A DNA stretch of 64,000 nucleotides from assembly GCA_964016885.1 (NCBI GenBank), contig OZ024741.1, positions 119,846,001 to 119,910,000 of the forward strand, written 5' to 3'. The DNA comes from Eledone cirrhosa (lineage: Eukaryota). Under the pieces are notes generated by a model. The model was not told where the DNA came from, made no database searches, and was given only the letters and a program-made list of their open reading frames with translations. This document shows positions 41,282-50,311 of this stretch, one piece after another. Position 1 is the stretch's first letter. Every line of letters starts with the position of its first letter. The translations under genes were made by a program, and so were the position numbers.

Positions 41282-44200
41282 ATGACCTCACTCAGAATAG
41301 GCAGCATAAATGCGCGTGGCTTGGGGTCGTCATGGAAGCAGGGTCACCTGCTCAACGACCTCAGGTCACTAAACATAGATGTAGTGGCCATCAGCGAGAC
41401 CAGAATCTCCGAAGCACAGGCCTTCGCACCGATCTTTGGCGGCTACGATGTGTACGCATCTCCCAGCCGTCCTGGATCGGGGGGAGGAGTTGCTGTGCTT
41501 TTTCGGAGAGGTTTGGATCTCGCCATACGGGCCATCTTCCTGGACCCAGAGGGTAAGCTGGTGGTGCTGGACGTGACCAGCGGAGACGGGCAAGCTTTCA
41601 GGCTAGTGGCCGTCTATGCCCCGACAGGAGCAGGGCGGCCTGATTTCTTCCAGCGTCTGGAGACCTTTCTTGGAACGTCCCGCTCTTTAGTGTTAGTGGG
41701 CGACTGGAACGGGATCTTAGATGCACGCTGGGATTGTGTGGGATTAGTGGATAGGGAAGGAGGGTGCAAGAGTCTCACCAACCTGCTCAGACGTTTTGAA
41801 CTGTCTGACAGGTACCGAATGGATTTCCCGAATGTACCAATGTGGACTTGGACAAATCGCATAGGGTCATCCAGATCATATCTAGATAGAGTATTTTGTA
41901 GGGAAATAGATAGGTCTAGCATAGGCTGTCCACAATTCAAGATAGTCAGCTACACGGACCACAAATTCGGGATCTGTGTGCTTGACTTAGATAGGCTTCA
42001 TAGGCGAGGACCCGGCTACTGGAAGCTAAACGCGTCCTTACCAGCGCGCAAGGCCTACAGAGACCGGATTAGCGAACTAGTTAAGCGGGCGTTGACGGGG
42101 GCCATCGTCAACAACAAGTGGTGGTTTGCTCTGAAAAGAACAATTAGAATAGAGTCCATTAGGTTTAGTAAGACTTTAGCAATAGAGCAACATAGAGCAG
42201 AGGGAGAACTAGTTAGAAAATTAGATGAGGCGCTTAGCAAAGGCATCGCGACCGACGTACTTGCGGCGAAATTGGCCCTTGATCAATTCTTCAATGCAAA
42301 GCACGAAGGCTGCGTTGTCAGAGCAAGGGTGCGTGCTCTCAGACACGAGGGGACGAAAGCCGTTCAATGGGCCCGAGTGGCGGAGGCGCGTCGTGACAAC
42401 AAAGCTACGATCCGGTCTTTGGTGGACCACGACGAGCGCATGCTACTCGATCCCGGGCAAATGTGTGAAGCTTTTCAGCGACACTTCGCTCAGCTGTTCG
42501 GGGGCAGCGGTGGGCCGGGTCGAGGGATGGACTTTAGTGTCTACCTCGACGGACTGCCGCGGCTCTCGGCCACTGAGGCGAAGTGTTGCGAAAAGCCGAT
42601 AACAGCCGCTGAAGTAAGGGAGGCAATGACTGGCTGCACAAGGGGTAAATCGCCTGGTTTGGATGGTCAGCCCTATGAACTTTACGTACAGATGCCAGAC
42701 TTGTTCGGAGGCCTCTTGGCGGACGTCTACTGCAACTGGCAACAGAACGGGAGAATTCCCAGTTCTGTGAGCCGAGGAGCGGTGGCACTGCTGAGAAAGG
42801 ATCCGAACAAGGGGGATAACATAGATAATTTCCGGCCCATAACTCTGCTAAACACAGAGTTCAAGATTTTGGCCAAGGTGCTAACAAAGAGGTTGGCGCT
42901 TGTCGTTGGTGGTCTGGTGGGAGAGGCGCAGACATGCGCCATTCCCGACAGATCCATCCACGACAACCTCCACCTCATGCGATACATCGTAGAGAGGGTA
43001 ACTAAGGAACCTGGCACGGGTGGGTCCTTGATCAATTTAGATCAGTCGAAAGCTTTCGATAGGGTCGACCATCGTTACCTAGCGGCAGTCCTGAGAGCGG
43101 CTGGCTTTGGGCCCGTCTTCAGAGGCTGGATCGCTGCCATGCACAGCGACATCTGCTCTGTGGTGAGAGTGAACGGTCACCTGTCGGAACCGTTCAACAT
43201 CATGCGCTCGGTCCGCCAAGGATGTCCCCTCTCGTCCCTCTTGTACGTATTGACTCTCGAGCCATTATTGCACAAACTGGAGACGTTGAGGGGTGTCCCG
43301 CGCGAACTAGGATGCGGAAGATCCGTGTCAGCATATGCCGACGATGTCACCGTAGTGGTGTCGAACGCCAAACACATCGAGGCGATCGGCACTACACTAA
43401 GAGAATACGAAGCGGTGACAGGAGCAATGATCAACCAGGAAAAGTCAGTGGGCCTGCAGCTCGGCACCTGGAGAGGCAGGTCCATGCCGTCCAACAACGT
43501 CGTCGGACGCTGGACGGACGGACCGGTTAAATTGCTAGGTGTCTGGTTCGGTCCGGACCTCCAGACGGACAAAAACTGGGACGAGGTGACGAGCAGGGTG
43601 GCTTCTCTCACCCAGAATTGGGCGGAGAGGAAGCTATCCCTGAAAGGTCGAGCGGAGGTGGCTAACGCGTACATCGCGTCTGTCATCTGCTACCGCCTGA
43701 CCGCCGTACCTTGTCCTAAGTCTCGCCTGACTGCGCTGGAGCGTTTGCTCTTTCGCTTTTTGTGGAAGGGACGCGCTCCGATGGTCAGGCGGTCCATCTG
43801 TTGTCAATACCCGCTACGTGGAGGGCTGGGCATGCCGTGGCTGATGATGCGCAGGCACGCGCTCAGGCTACGACATCTCCACCTCTTCCTCGACGGTGAT
43901 CAGGTGTGGTCGCCATTTGCTAGACGTGTATTTCCCCACCTCGTTTCCTTGACGGAGCTGCAATCCTGGGTCAAGCGAAGACCGAGAGGGAGCGCCTGGA
44001 GACTGGAATGTCTTCAGGCGCTCACAGCCCTCGACCAATCGGGCAATGTGATCGGTGGAAACTCCACCTCGGCGTTCTATAGAGGATTAGTGGAGGGGAA
44101 GAGCGACGACGTACTTGGGGAAACTCTAGGCGTCGACGAAAATCAACTAGCCAATCTCTTCGGAAGAACTTTCGGGCCAGGGCCTATAGACAACTTCCAG

Positions 44201-44701
44201 AAATCTCTGGCCTGGCAGTGCTACCGAGGAGCATTGCCAGTTCGGGATAAACTCTACAGGCATGGAGGTGCCGTCAGTCGGGCATGTCCGAGATGCGCGC
44301 AGGGCGACGAAACCGTCCTGCACGCACTCGTCCAGTGTCCGAAAATTGCTGACTTGTGGGTTTATGTCGAACACCTGCTGTCGCGTTTAGGACGGATCCG
44401 GCTATCATCTGAGTCCATCGTGAGGATTGCCCCGCCCTCCTCCTTTAGCCGGGAAGGGCAGGCAGTTTTTATCTGTCTGGTGGCCATGGCGAAAGAGATA
44501 GTATGGTGGACACGTTTGAAAGGGCTGAAGACGAGCACTTACCTCTTCGGTGATGCTCTGATTGACTTTTTCAAATTTCATCTGAAAAGGAAAATCAGAG
44601 TAGAGAGGGAAGTGCTCTCTTCCCAGCATTTTGTTGAAAGATGGGTGAGAGAAGCAAGAATGGCCCGAGTGAATGGGCCTACTCTGAGTATATATCTGTA
44701 A
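41282..44701 (+). CDS. Intact Tx1/L1-type ORF2, 1139 aa: APE endonuclease, RT, C-terminal CCHC
   Basis: INARGL, SET, GDWN, SYLD, TDH (APE); GYWKLN; KSPGLDG, DQSKAFD, RQGCPLS, YADD (RT); CPRC..ETVLHALVQC. Confidence 0.93.
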   Translation: MTSLRIGSINARGLGSSWKQGHLLNDLRSLNIDVVAISETRISEAQAFAPIFGGYDVYASPSRPGSGGGVAVLFRRGLDLAIRAIFLDPEGKLVVLDVTSGDGQAFRLVAVYAPTGAGRPDFFQRLETFLGTSRSLVLVGDWNGILDARWDCVGLVDREGGCKSLTNLLRRFELSDRYRMDFPNVPMWTWTNRIGSSRSYLDRVFCREIDRSSIGCPQFKIVSYTDHKFGICVLDLDRLHRRGPGYWKLNASLPARKAYRDRISELVKRALTGAIVNNKWWFALKRTIRIESIRFSKTLAIEQHRAEGELVRKLDEALSKGIATDVLAAKLALDQFFNAKHEGCVVRARVRALRHEGTKAVQWARVAEARRDNKATIRSLVDHDERMLLDPGQMCEAFQRHFAQLFGGSGGPGRGMDFSVYLDGLPRLSATEAKCCEKPITAAEVREAMTGCTRGKSPGLDGQPYELYVQMPDLFGGLLADVYCNWQQNGRIPSSVSRGAVALLRKDPNKGDNIDNFRPITLLNTEFKILAKVLTKRLALVVGGLVGEAQTCAIPDRSIHDNLHLMRYIVERVTKEPGTGGSLINLDQSKAFDRVDHRYLAAVLRAAGFGPVFRGWIAAMHSDICSVVRVNGHLSEPFNIMRSVRQGCPLSSLLYVLTLEPLLHKLETLRGVPRELGCGRSVSAYADDVTVVVSNAKHIEAIGTTLREYEAVTGAMINQEKSVGLQLGTWRGRSMPSNNVVGRWTDGPVKLLGVWFGPDLQTDKNWDEVTSRVASLTQNWAERKLSLKGRAEVANAYIASVICYRLTAVPCPKSRLTALERLLFRFLWKGRAPMVRRSICCQYPLRGGLGMPWLMMRRHALRLRHLHLFLDGDQVWSPFARRVFPHLVSLTELQSWVKRRPRGSAWRLECLQALTALDQSGNVIGGNSTSAFYRGLVEGKSDDVLGETLGVDENQLANLFGRTFGPGPIDNFQKSLAWQCYRGALPVRDKLYRHGGAVSRACPRCAQGDETVLHALVQCPKIADLWVYVEHLLSRLGRIRLSSESIVRIAPPSSFSREGQAVFICLVAMAKEIVWWTRLKGLKTSTYLFGDALIDFFKFHLKRKIRVEREVLSSQHFVERWVREARMARVNGPTLSIYL

Positions 44702-44983
44702 ATTAAAGGTGGAAAACTGGGAGAGGGCACTTGCCTTGGTGGTCAGGGTCATTGTGGCTTTTACTGGGCTTTCTCCACAAATGTCCCTCCGAAGTCTCCC
44801 CCCTATTGGGGAATTTTTCATTGTTATTTTTTGTTACATCCTCTGTTTTTGTTTTTTACACGCAGAAATGCCCATTTGTACCGTCCTGTATTGTCCTGCA
44901 CTGTCCTTAATGTCTACTTTATGTAAACCCTTGTGGTTAATAAAGAAATCATTATTATTATTATTATTATTATTGTTGTTATT

Positions 44984-46068
44984 CCTTGAATCTCAGTCAT
45001 TGATGTTGGTTAACTGGAAAGTCCGTTGGATTGAATATCAAGCCACTACCTGCAGCCTCAGATATTCAGGACGTATCGGAGGGTTCTTGCTGTTCCAAGC
45101 AAGCATGCCTTTTGAAGCGTTCCAAAAAGCGTGAAGGGGCCGATTTTCTTTAACCATCCCTGGAAACTTTTGGAGATAGTCCCCAGTGCGCCTATGACAA
45201 TCGGGATCACTTTGACTTCATGGCAGTTCCAAATCCTTTTCACCTCCCACTTTAGGTCCTGGTATCGGTTAATTTTCTCCCTCTCCTTCTCTTGCACTCT
45301 CGTGTCGAACGGGCAGGCCACATCCACAATCAGACACGATCTTTTTTCTTTGTCCACAACCACCAGGTCAGGTCTATTGTGTTCCAGTTTTTTGTCCGTC
45401 TGTATCCTAAAATCCCACAGCACCTTCACCTGATTGTTCTCCATCACCGCCTCTGGCCTATGCTCATACCATTTCTCAGAATTTGGTAAATTGTTTACTT
45501 TGCACAGGTGCCAGTGGATCACCCTGCCCATCACATTGTGTCTCCAGCCCTTATAGTGGGTCTGGGCTAGGTGTTTACACTCGGACACAATGTGAGCCAC
45601 AGTCTCCTCTCTCTCTCCACAGATCCTGCACAGTGGGCTAGCCTCCTCCTTGTAGATATGGTGCTTCAACCACTTCGTTTTGAGGGCCTGCTCCTGCGCA
45701 GCCATTAGCATTCCTTCTGTAGCCTTTTTGAGGTCTCCTCTTCTCAACCAGTTCCATGTCTGTGGATCTCTAAATTCAGTTTTCTCAAAGAAGGTACTAT
45801 GAAGGGATTTTCCCTTAAGGCTGCTCTTCCTCCTTGATGTTATTTCCTCCTTGGACATCCCCTGGCCTACTGTCCCCTCCTTCAGTACAGTTCTGAGCAT
45901 TGGCTCCTTACTATAGGTCACGTATTTGTATAGGTTGTTTTTCTCCATCTGAACACAGTCCTCTATGCTGATAAGACCTCTTCCACCCTCAGATCTCCTT
46001 AGGTAGAGTCTATCGACATCACTCCTCTTGTGGAACATGTTGTAGATAGTCAATAGCTTCCTAGTCTT
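44984..46068 (-). mobile_element. R4-A copy 4, 5'-truncated (331-aa C-terminal ORF 45058..46053)
   Basis: Near-identical to the 3' 1.1 kb of the other copies. Confidence 0.92.
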
Positions 46069-46086
46069 ATTATTATTATTATTATT

Positions 46087-49000
46087 TGCATTTATCTTGA
46101 TTTATGTTTATACGAGTTATCACCAAGTCACAACCAATGACCTCAAGAGACAACAAGGTCCGCCATGTTCAAGAAAGAACACACATATTCACACATGCAT
46201 CCTTAGTGTTTAGACTTGTGATGTACTTATATTGACAGGATCTTCCTTAGTATATGGGCAGTTCCCATTAGTACTATCTTTTGTATTTCTCCTATACGCG
46301 GGTTTCCTGGGATTTGCGATAAGTAGTCGTTAGACCCCTTAGGTATCATTCCCAGAGCGCCTACAACCACTGGTATTGTTTTAGTTCTCAATTTCCACAT
46401 TTTTCCAATTTCTATCTCCAGGTCCTTATACTTGCTCAATTTTTCAAATGTTTTTATAGATACATTCTTGTCTATTGGAACAGACATATCAATTAGCAGG
46501 CATACCCTCCTTTGAAAGTCCTTCAATATTATATCAGGTCTATTTGCATCTATTTTTCGGTCTGTTTGGATGCTAAAGTTCCACAAGATTGAGATGTGAT
46601 CTTTTTCAAGTATGGGAGGTGGTTGATGCTCCCACCAATTCTTTTGATGGGGCAGGTCAAAATGCTTGCACATTATCCAATGTATGTATTGTGCAGCTCT
46701 GTCATGCCTGTTTAGGTATTCGGTTGGAGCTATAGGACTGCACATTGAAATTATATGGTCAATGGTCTCTGGTTGTTTTTTGCATACACGGCATAATGGG
46801 CTGCACCCATTTTTTATTATGTTGGCTTGGTAATTTTTTGTTGGCAGACACTGATCTTGTGCGGATATAATCAGTCCTTCAGTCTCCGATTTCAGTCCAG
46901 AGGATGCCAACCACTGATGGGTTAAAGTTTTGTCAACATCAGGATTGTTAGCTCGCTCTGGGTATTTTCCATACAGAGGCTTTTCTTGCCATTTCTTAGC
47001 CAGTTTCTGTAGCAGTTCTTTCTTTGCAGTTACTTTTACCTGCTTTGCTTTTTCTGTGTTTTCCATTTCAGCAGTAAATGGGACTTCTGAAATTTGTAGT
47101 CCATTACTGTATCTTTGTGCATCTTTTGTAATGGAATATGATCTTTTGGTGCTTTCGTGTTTCAAAACGAGTTTGATCATCCAATCATGTGATTCCCTTA
47201 GATATGTGGATAATCCAATTGTTGCAGTTTTCAACGCAATGTCTAACTGGATTAACCCACGTCCTCCTTCTTTCCTAGGGAGATATATTCTATCTATGTC
47301 TGCCTTAGGGTGATGCATTCTGTGCATGGTTAAGAATTTTCGGATTTTTGTATCGAGCCTACGGATCTCTGTGCTTGACCAGTTGATGACATTGTAACTG
47401 TAGGTTACTACTGGTATGGCAAGCGTGTTTATGGCATCGATCCTATTCCTTGCATTCAATTCCGTTCTTAAGATTGCTCTGACTCTGCGGTAACATTCCT
47501 TCCTTATCCTTTCCCTCATTGTCGAGTGCTTGATTCCGTCTCCTTCACAAACACCTAGATATTTGTAAGTTTGTTCTTGATCAAGCTCTCTTATCACGTT
47601 CCCCCGATCAAGATTAATGTCTGAACTCTTCAGCAGCTTTCCTCTGGTGAACGTTGCTTTGGCGCATTTATCCAGTCCAAACTCCATTTTAATGTCATCA
47701 CTGAACTGCTTCACAGTGGATAATAGCCCTTGCAATTGTTCATCATTTTTTGCAAATAGTTTCAGGTCATCCATGTAGAACAGGTGATTAATGGTTTTGT
47801 CATAGACTCTATATCCATGTTTTGTTTCATTGAGCATTTTACTTAATGGTATAAGTGCGATGCAGAATAAAAGCGGTGATAAAGAGTCAACCTGAAAAAT
47901 TCCACAATTAATGTTAACTTCTCCAGCTTCCAGTGATTTTGTTTCACTATTCAAAAGGAGTGTCGTTCTCCATGTCCTCATACTGAATGACAAAAACCTC
48001 CTGATAACGGGGGATATTTTGAAAATCTCTAAACATTTTTCAATCCAACTGTGTGGCAAACTATCAAATGCTTTTTTATAATCTATCCAAGCAATCGATA
48101 GATTTTTGTGTCTATTATGACAATCTTCCAGTATCATTTTGTTAACCAGAAGCTGATCCTTACAGCCATATGAGCCTCGTTTACACCCTTTCTGCTCAAT
48201 GGGAAATAGGTCATTTGTTATCAGGTGGTCATATGTGTATTCAGTTAGGACTGATGTTAAAATTTTATACATTGTGGTCAAGCAGGTTATCGGTCTGTAA
48301 TTTTTGGGATTGTTTGTCTCATCATTCTTCGGTAGCAGGAATGTAATGCCGTTAACTAGCCATGATGGTATCTTTTCTGGCTCCTTAACTATTTCATTGT
48401 AAAGTTGGGCTAACAGCTCATGAGACTCTGTGAAGGCATTTATCCAAAAGTTTTGTATTTTGTCTTTTCCTGGGGATTTCCATTTGCTGGTTTTTCTTAG
48501 AGCCAAGCGCAGCTGTTCAACTGTTATATTTTCCCATGTTTGTTCTTCAAGGTGAGCTGTTTCTTTCATTTGTCTGTCTATCCATGGGGCATGTATGTTA
48601 TGAACTTTTTCTTCGGCCCAGATCTTTTCCCAGAATTCTTGCACTTCCTCCTTGGGTGGTATTGATTTAGCAGTTATTGTTGACTTACCAATTTTTCTGT
48701 AGAAGTTTCTTTGGTTGTTTTTGAACATATTATTGTCCTTATAGAATCTAGATCGTTTTTCAAAGCGCCTTATACGAGCAGCTTTGGCCGACACTTTTTG
48801 CTTGATTGTTTCTATCAGCATGTCTATGTCACATGTTGATCTTATACTGTACTTTTTTTTCAATTTTCTAAGTTTAGTTTGTTTAACATGTTCACCTACT
48901 TTATAGTTTGTTAAAATTTCTATGTCAGATCGGAGAAGGTTTATTTGGCGATTGATGTTATCTTGCCAAGTAGATTTCTTGTGGGAATTCCTTTGTTTTT

Positions 49001-50188
49001 TCATCTTCACTCCACATAAGTGAGTGGTGACTTTAGCCGATGCATAATAGAGATGATTTAAGTCAGTAATGCTTAGTTTGTTTGTGATGATAATGTTTTT
49101 GAGAATTATGTTAGTCTTGTGTATTATCTTTTGGTTCTGTTTGGAGTTCTGGATCTTAGGGAGGGTGTCTCGTTCCCCCATGTCAGATTCTTTCATTTTC
49201 ATCCATTCGATCATAATTTCATCCTTCAAGTTGGCAAGTTCATTCTCATTCATTTCTTTATCATTTACGATCTCATTATTTTCATTTGGAGTTTCATCCT
49301 GAGCATGCACTCCCTCCACTTTTTCGCTCCTTTCTTTAATTTGTTCTGTTGCCAGTGATTCCGCCCCAACTCTGGGATTCGAAGTGTTACAGTTTACCTC
49401 GGTTTCACTGACGCATGCTTCATTTTCCCTTCGCTGACTTTGTGCTACTAGCTTGATCTGATCAATTTCTATATCAGTTAGTAACTTTTTTCTTACAATA
49501 TTTCTTCGTATATTGGCTAGTTTGTTACTGTCAATATAGCCTCTGTTTTCGGGATGTTTCTTTTTCCAGTTGATATATGTTTGCTCTGTATTCGATGTAT
49601 TTGATGGGTAGTACATGGCAGTGTAGAAAGCCTCAAGGACTTCTTTATTATCTTCCCTTGACCATTTTTCTCTCTTTTTCTTTGGATTTCTTGGTGGTGA
49701 GCATGGAGGGCCAACAGTAGGAGTATTCCGGTTATGGGAGGTCTCCAGCTCCGAAGTGATGGGAAGGTTTGAACCATTAGCTGATTTTTCGACCCCAGTC
49801 TGGTTCCTCTCTGAGGGACGCGGCCCTTTTTTACCCGGGTGACGGCCGATCCGGTATGAGATTTCATCATTAGACATCTACTTTATTTTGTCGCGTTTTA
49901 TCCTTATCCGCCAAGGGGTAATCTTTTCGTGTTACCACTTCTAGAACGAGTGTCAACCAAGACTAGAGGGGTCGTTCTCCCCTAGAGACATGGCTATTCC
50001 CCGCCGGCCGCCATCCCGGTATTTCTTGGTCACGGGGTTTTCTTTTTGTTGTTTTTTTTAAATTGTTATTATCATGAGTGGTTCCTTAATGTGAGCATTG
50101 CGTGGCTTAAGAATGAAATTATTAATAATTGTCTCCACTCCAGGCCAGCAATCACCCAGTGCATTACAATAATATAATATACTTTTTG

Positions 50189-50190
<2 letters not shown>
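46087..50190 (-). mobile_element. R4/Dong-like family B element (distinct lineage), apparently full length; 5' boundary uncertain (~50065 or ~50190)
   Basis: Single 1216-aa ORF homologous to but far from family A; flanked by (TAA)n. Confidence 0.88.
46227..49877 (-). CDS. R4-B RT/RLE polyprotein, 1216 aa, uninterrupted
   Basis: NYRPITCL, EQKGC, WIDYKKAFD, GIFQVDSLSP (canonical G replaced by V), FYMDD, CRVC..HIISMC, RHD, RPD..IDMSVP..K..KY. Confidence 0.92.
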   Translation of the reverse strand: MSNDEISYRIGRHPGKKGPRPSERNQTGVEKSANGSNLPITSELETSHNRNTPTVGPPCSPPRNPKKKREKWSREDNKEVLEAFYTAMYYPSNTSNTEQTYINWKKKHPENRGYIDSNKLANIRRNIVRKKLLTDIEIDQIKLVAQSQRRENEACVSETEVNCNTSNPRVGAESLATEQIKERSEKVEGVHAQDETPNENNEIVNDKEMNENELANLKDEIMIEWMKMKESDMGERDTLPKIQNSKQNQKIIHKTNIILKNIIITNKLSITDLNHLYYASAKVTTHLCGVKMKKQRNSHKKSTWQDNINRQINLLRSDIEILTNYKVGEHVKQTKLRKLKKKYSIRSTCDIDMLIETIKQKVSAKAARIRRFEKRSRFYKDNNMFKNNQRNFYRKIGKSTITAKSIPPKEEVQEFWEKIWAEEKVHNIHAPWIDRQMKETAHLEEQTWENITVEQLRLALRKTSKWKSPGKDKIQNFWINAFTESHELLAQLYNEIVKEPEKIPSWLVNGITFLLPKNDETNNPKNYRPITCLTTMYKILTSVLTEYTYDHLITNDLFPIEQKGCKRGSYGCKDQLLVNKMILEDCHNRHKNLSIAWIDYKKAFDSLPHSWIEKCLEIFKISPVIRRFLSFSMRTWRTTLLLNSETKSLEAGEVNINCGIFQVDSLSPLLFCIALIPLSKMLNETKHGYRVYDKTINHLFYMDDLKLFAKNDEQLQGLLSTVKQFSDDIKMEFGLDKCAKATFTRGKLLKSSDINLDRGNVIRELDQEQTYKYLGVCEGDGIKHSTMRERIRKECYRRVRAILRTELNARNRIDAINTLAIPVVTYSYNVINWSSTEIRRLDTKIRKFLTMHRMHHPKADIDRIYLPRKEGGRGLIQLDIALKTATIGLSTYLRESHDWMIKLVLKHESTKRSYSITKDAQRYSNGLQISEVPFTAEMENTEKAKQVKVTAKKELLQKLAKKWQEKPLYGKYPERANNPDVDKTLTHQWLASSGLKSETEGLIISAQDQCLPTKNYQANIIKNGCSPLCRVCKKQPETIDHIISMCSPIAPTEYLNRHDRAAQYIHWIMCKHFDLPHQKNWWEHQPPPILEKDHISILWNFSIQTDRKIDANRPDIILKDFQRRVCLLIDMSVPIDKNVSIKTFEKLSKYKDLEIEIGKMWKLRTKTIPVVVGALGMIPKGSNDYLSQIPGNPRIGEIQKIVLMGTAHILRKILSI

Positions 50191-50225
<35 letters not shown>

Positions 50226-50311
50226 GTTATTGTTATTCCTTGAATCTCAGTCATTGATGTTGGTTAACTGGAAAGTCCGTTGGATTGAATATCAAGCCAC
50301 TACCTGCAGCC

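Larger units (their letters stand above)
38930..44950 (+). mobile_element. Tx1/L1-like non-LTR retrotransposon, copy 2 (full length)
   Basis: Bounded by (ATT)n on both sides; ORF1 + intact ORF2; same 3'UTR as copy 1. Confidence 0.88.
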
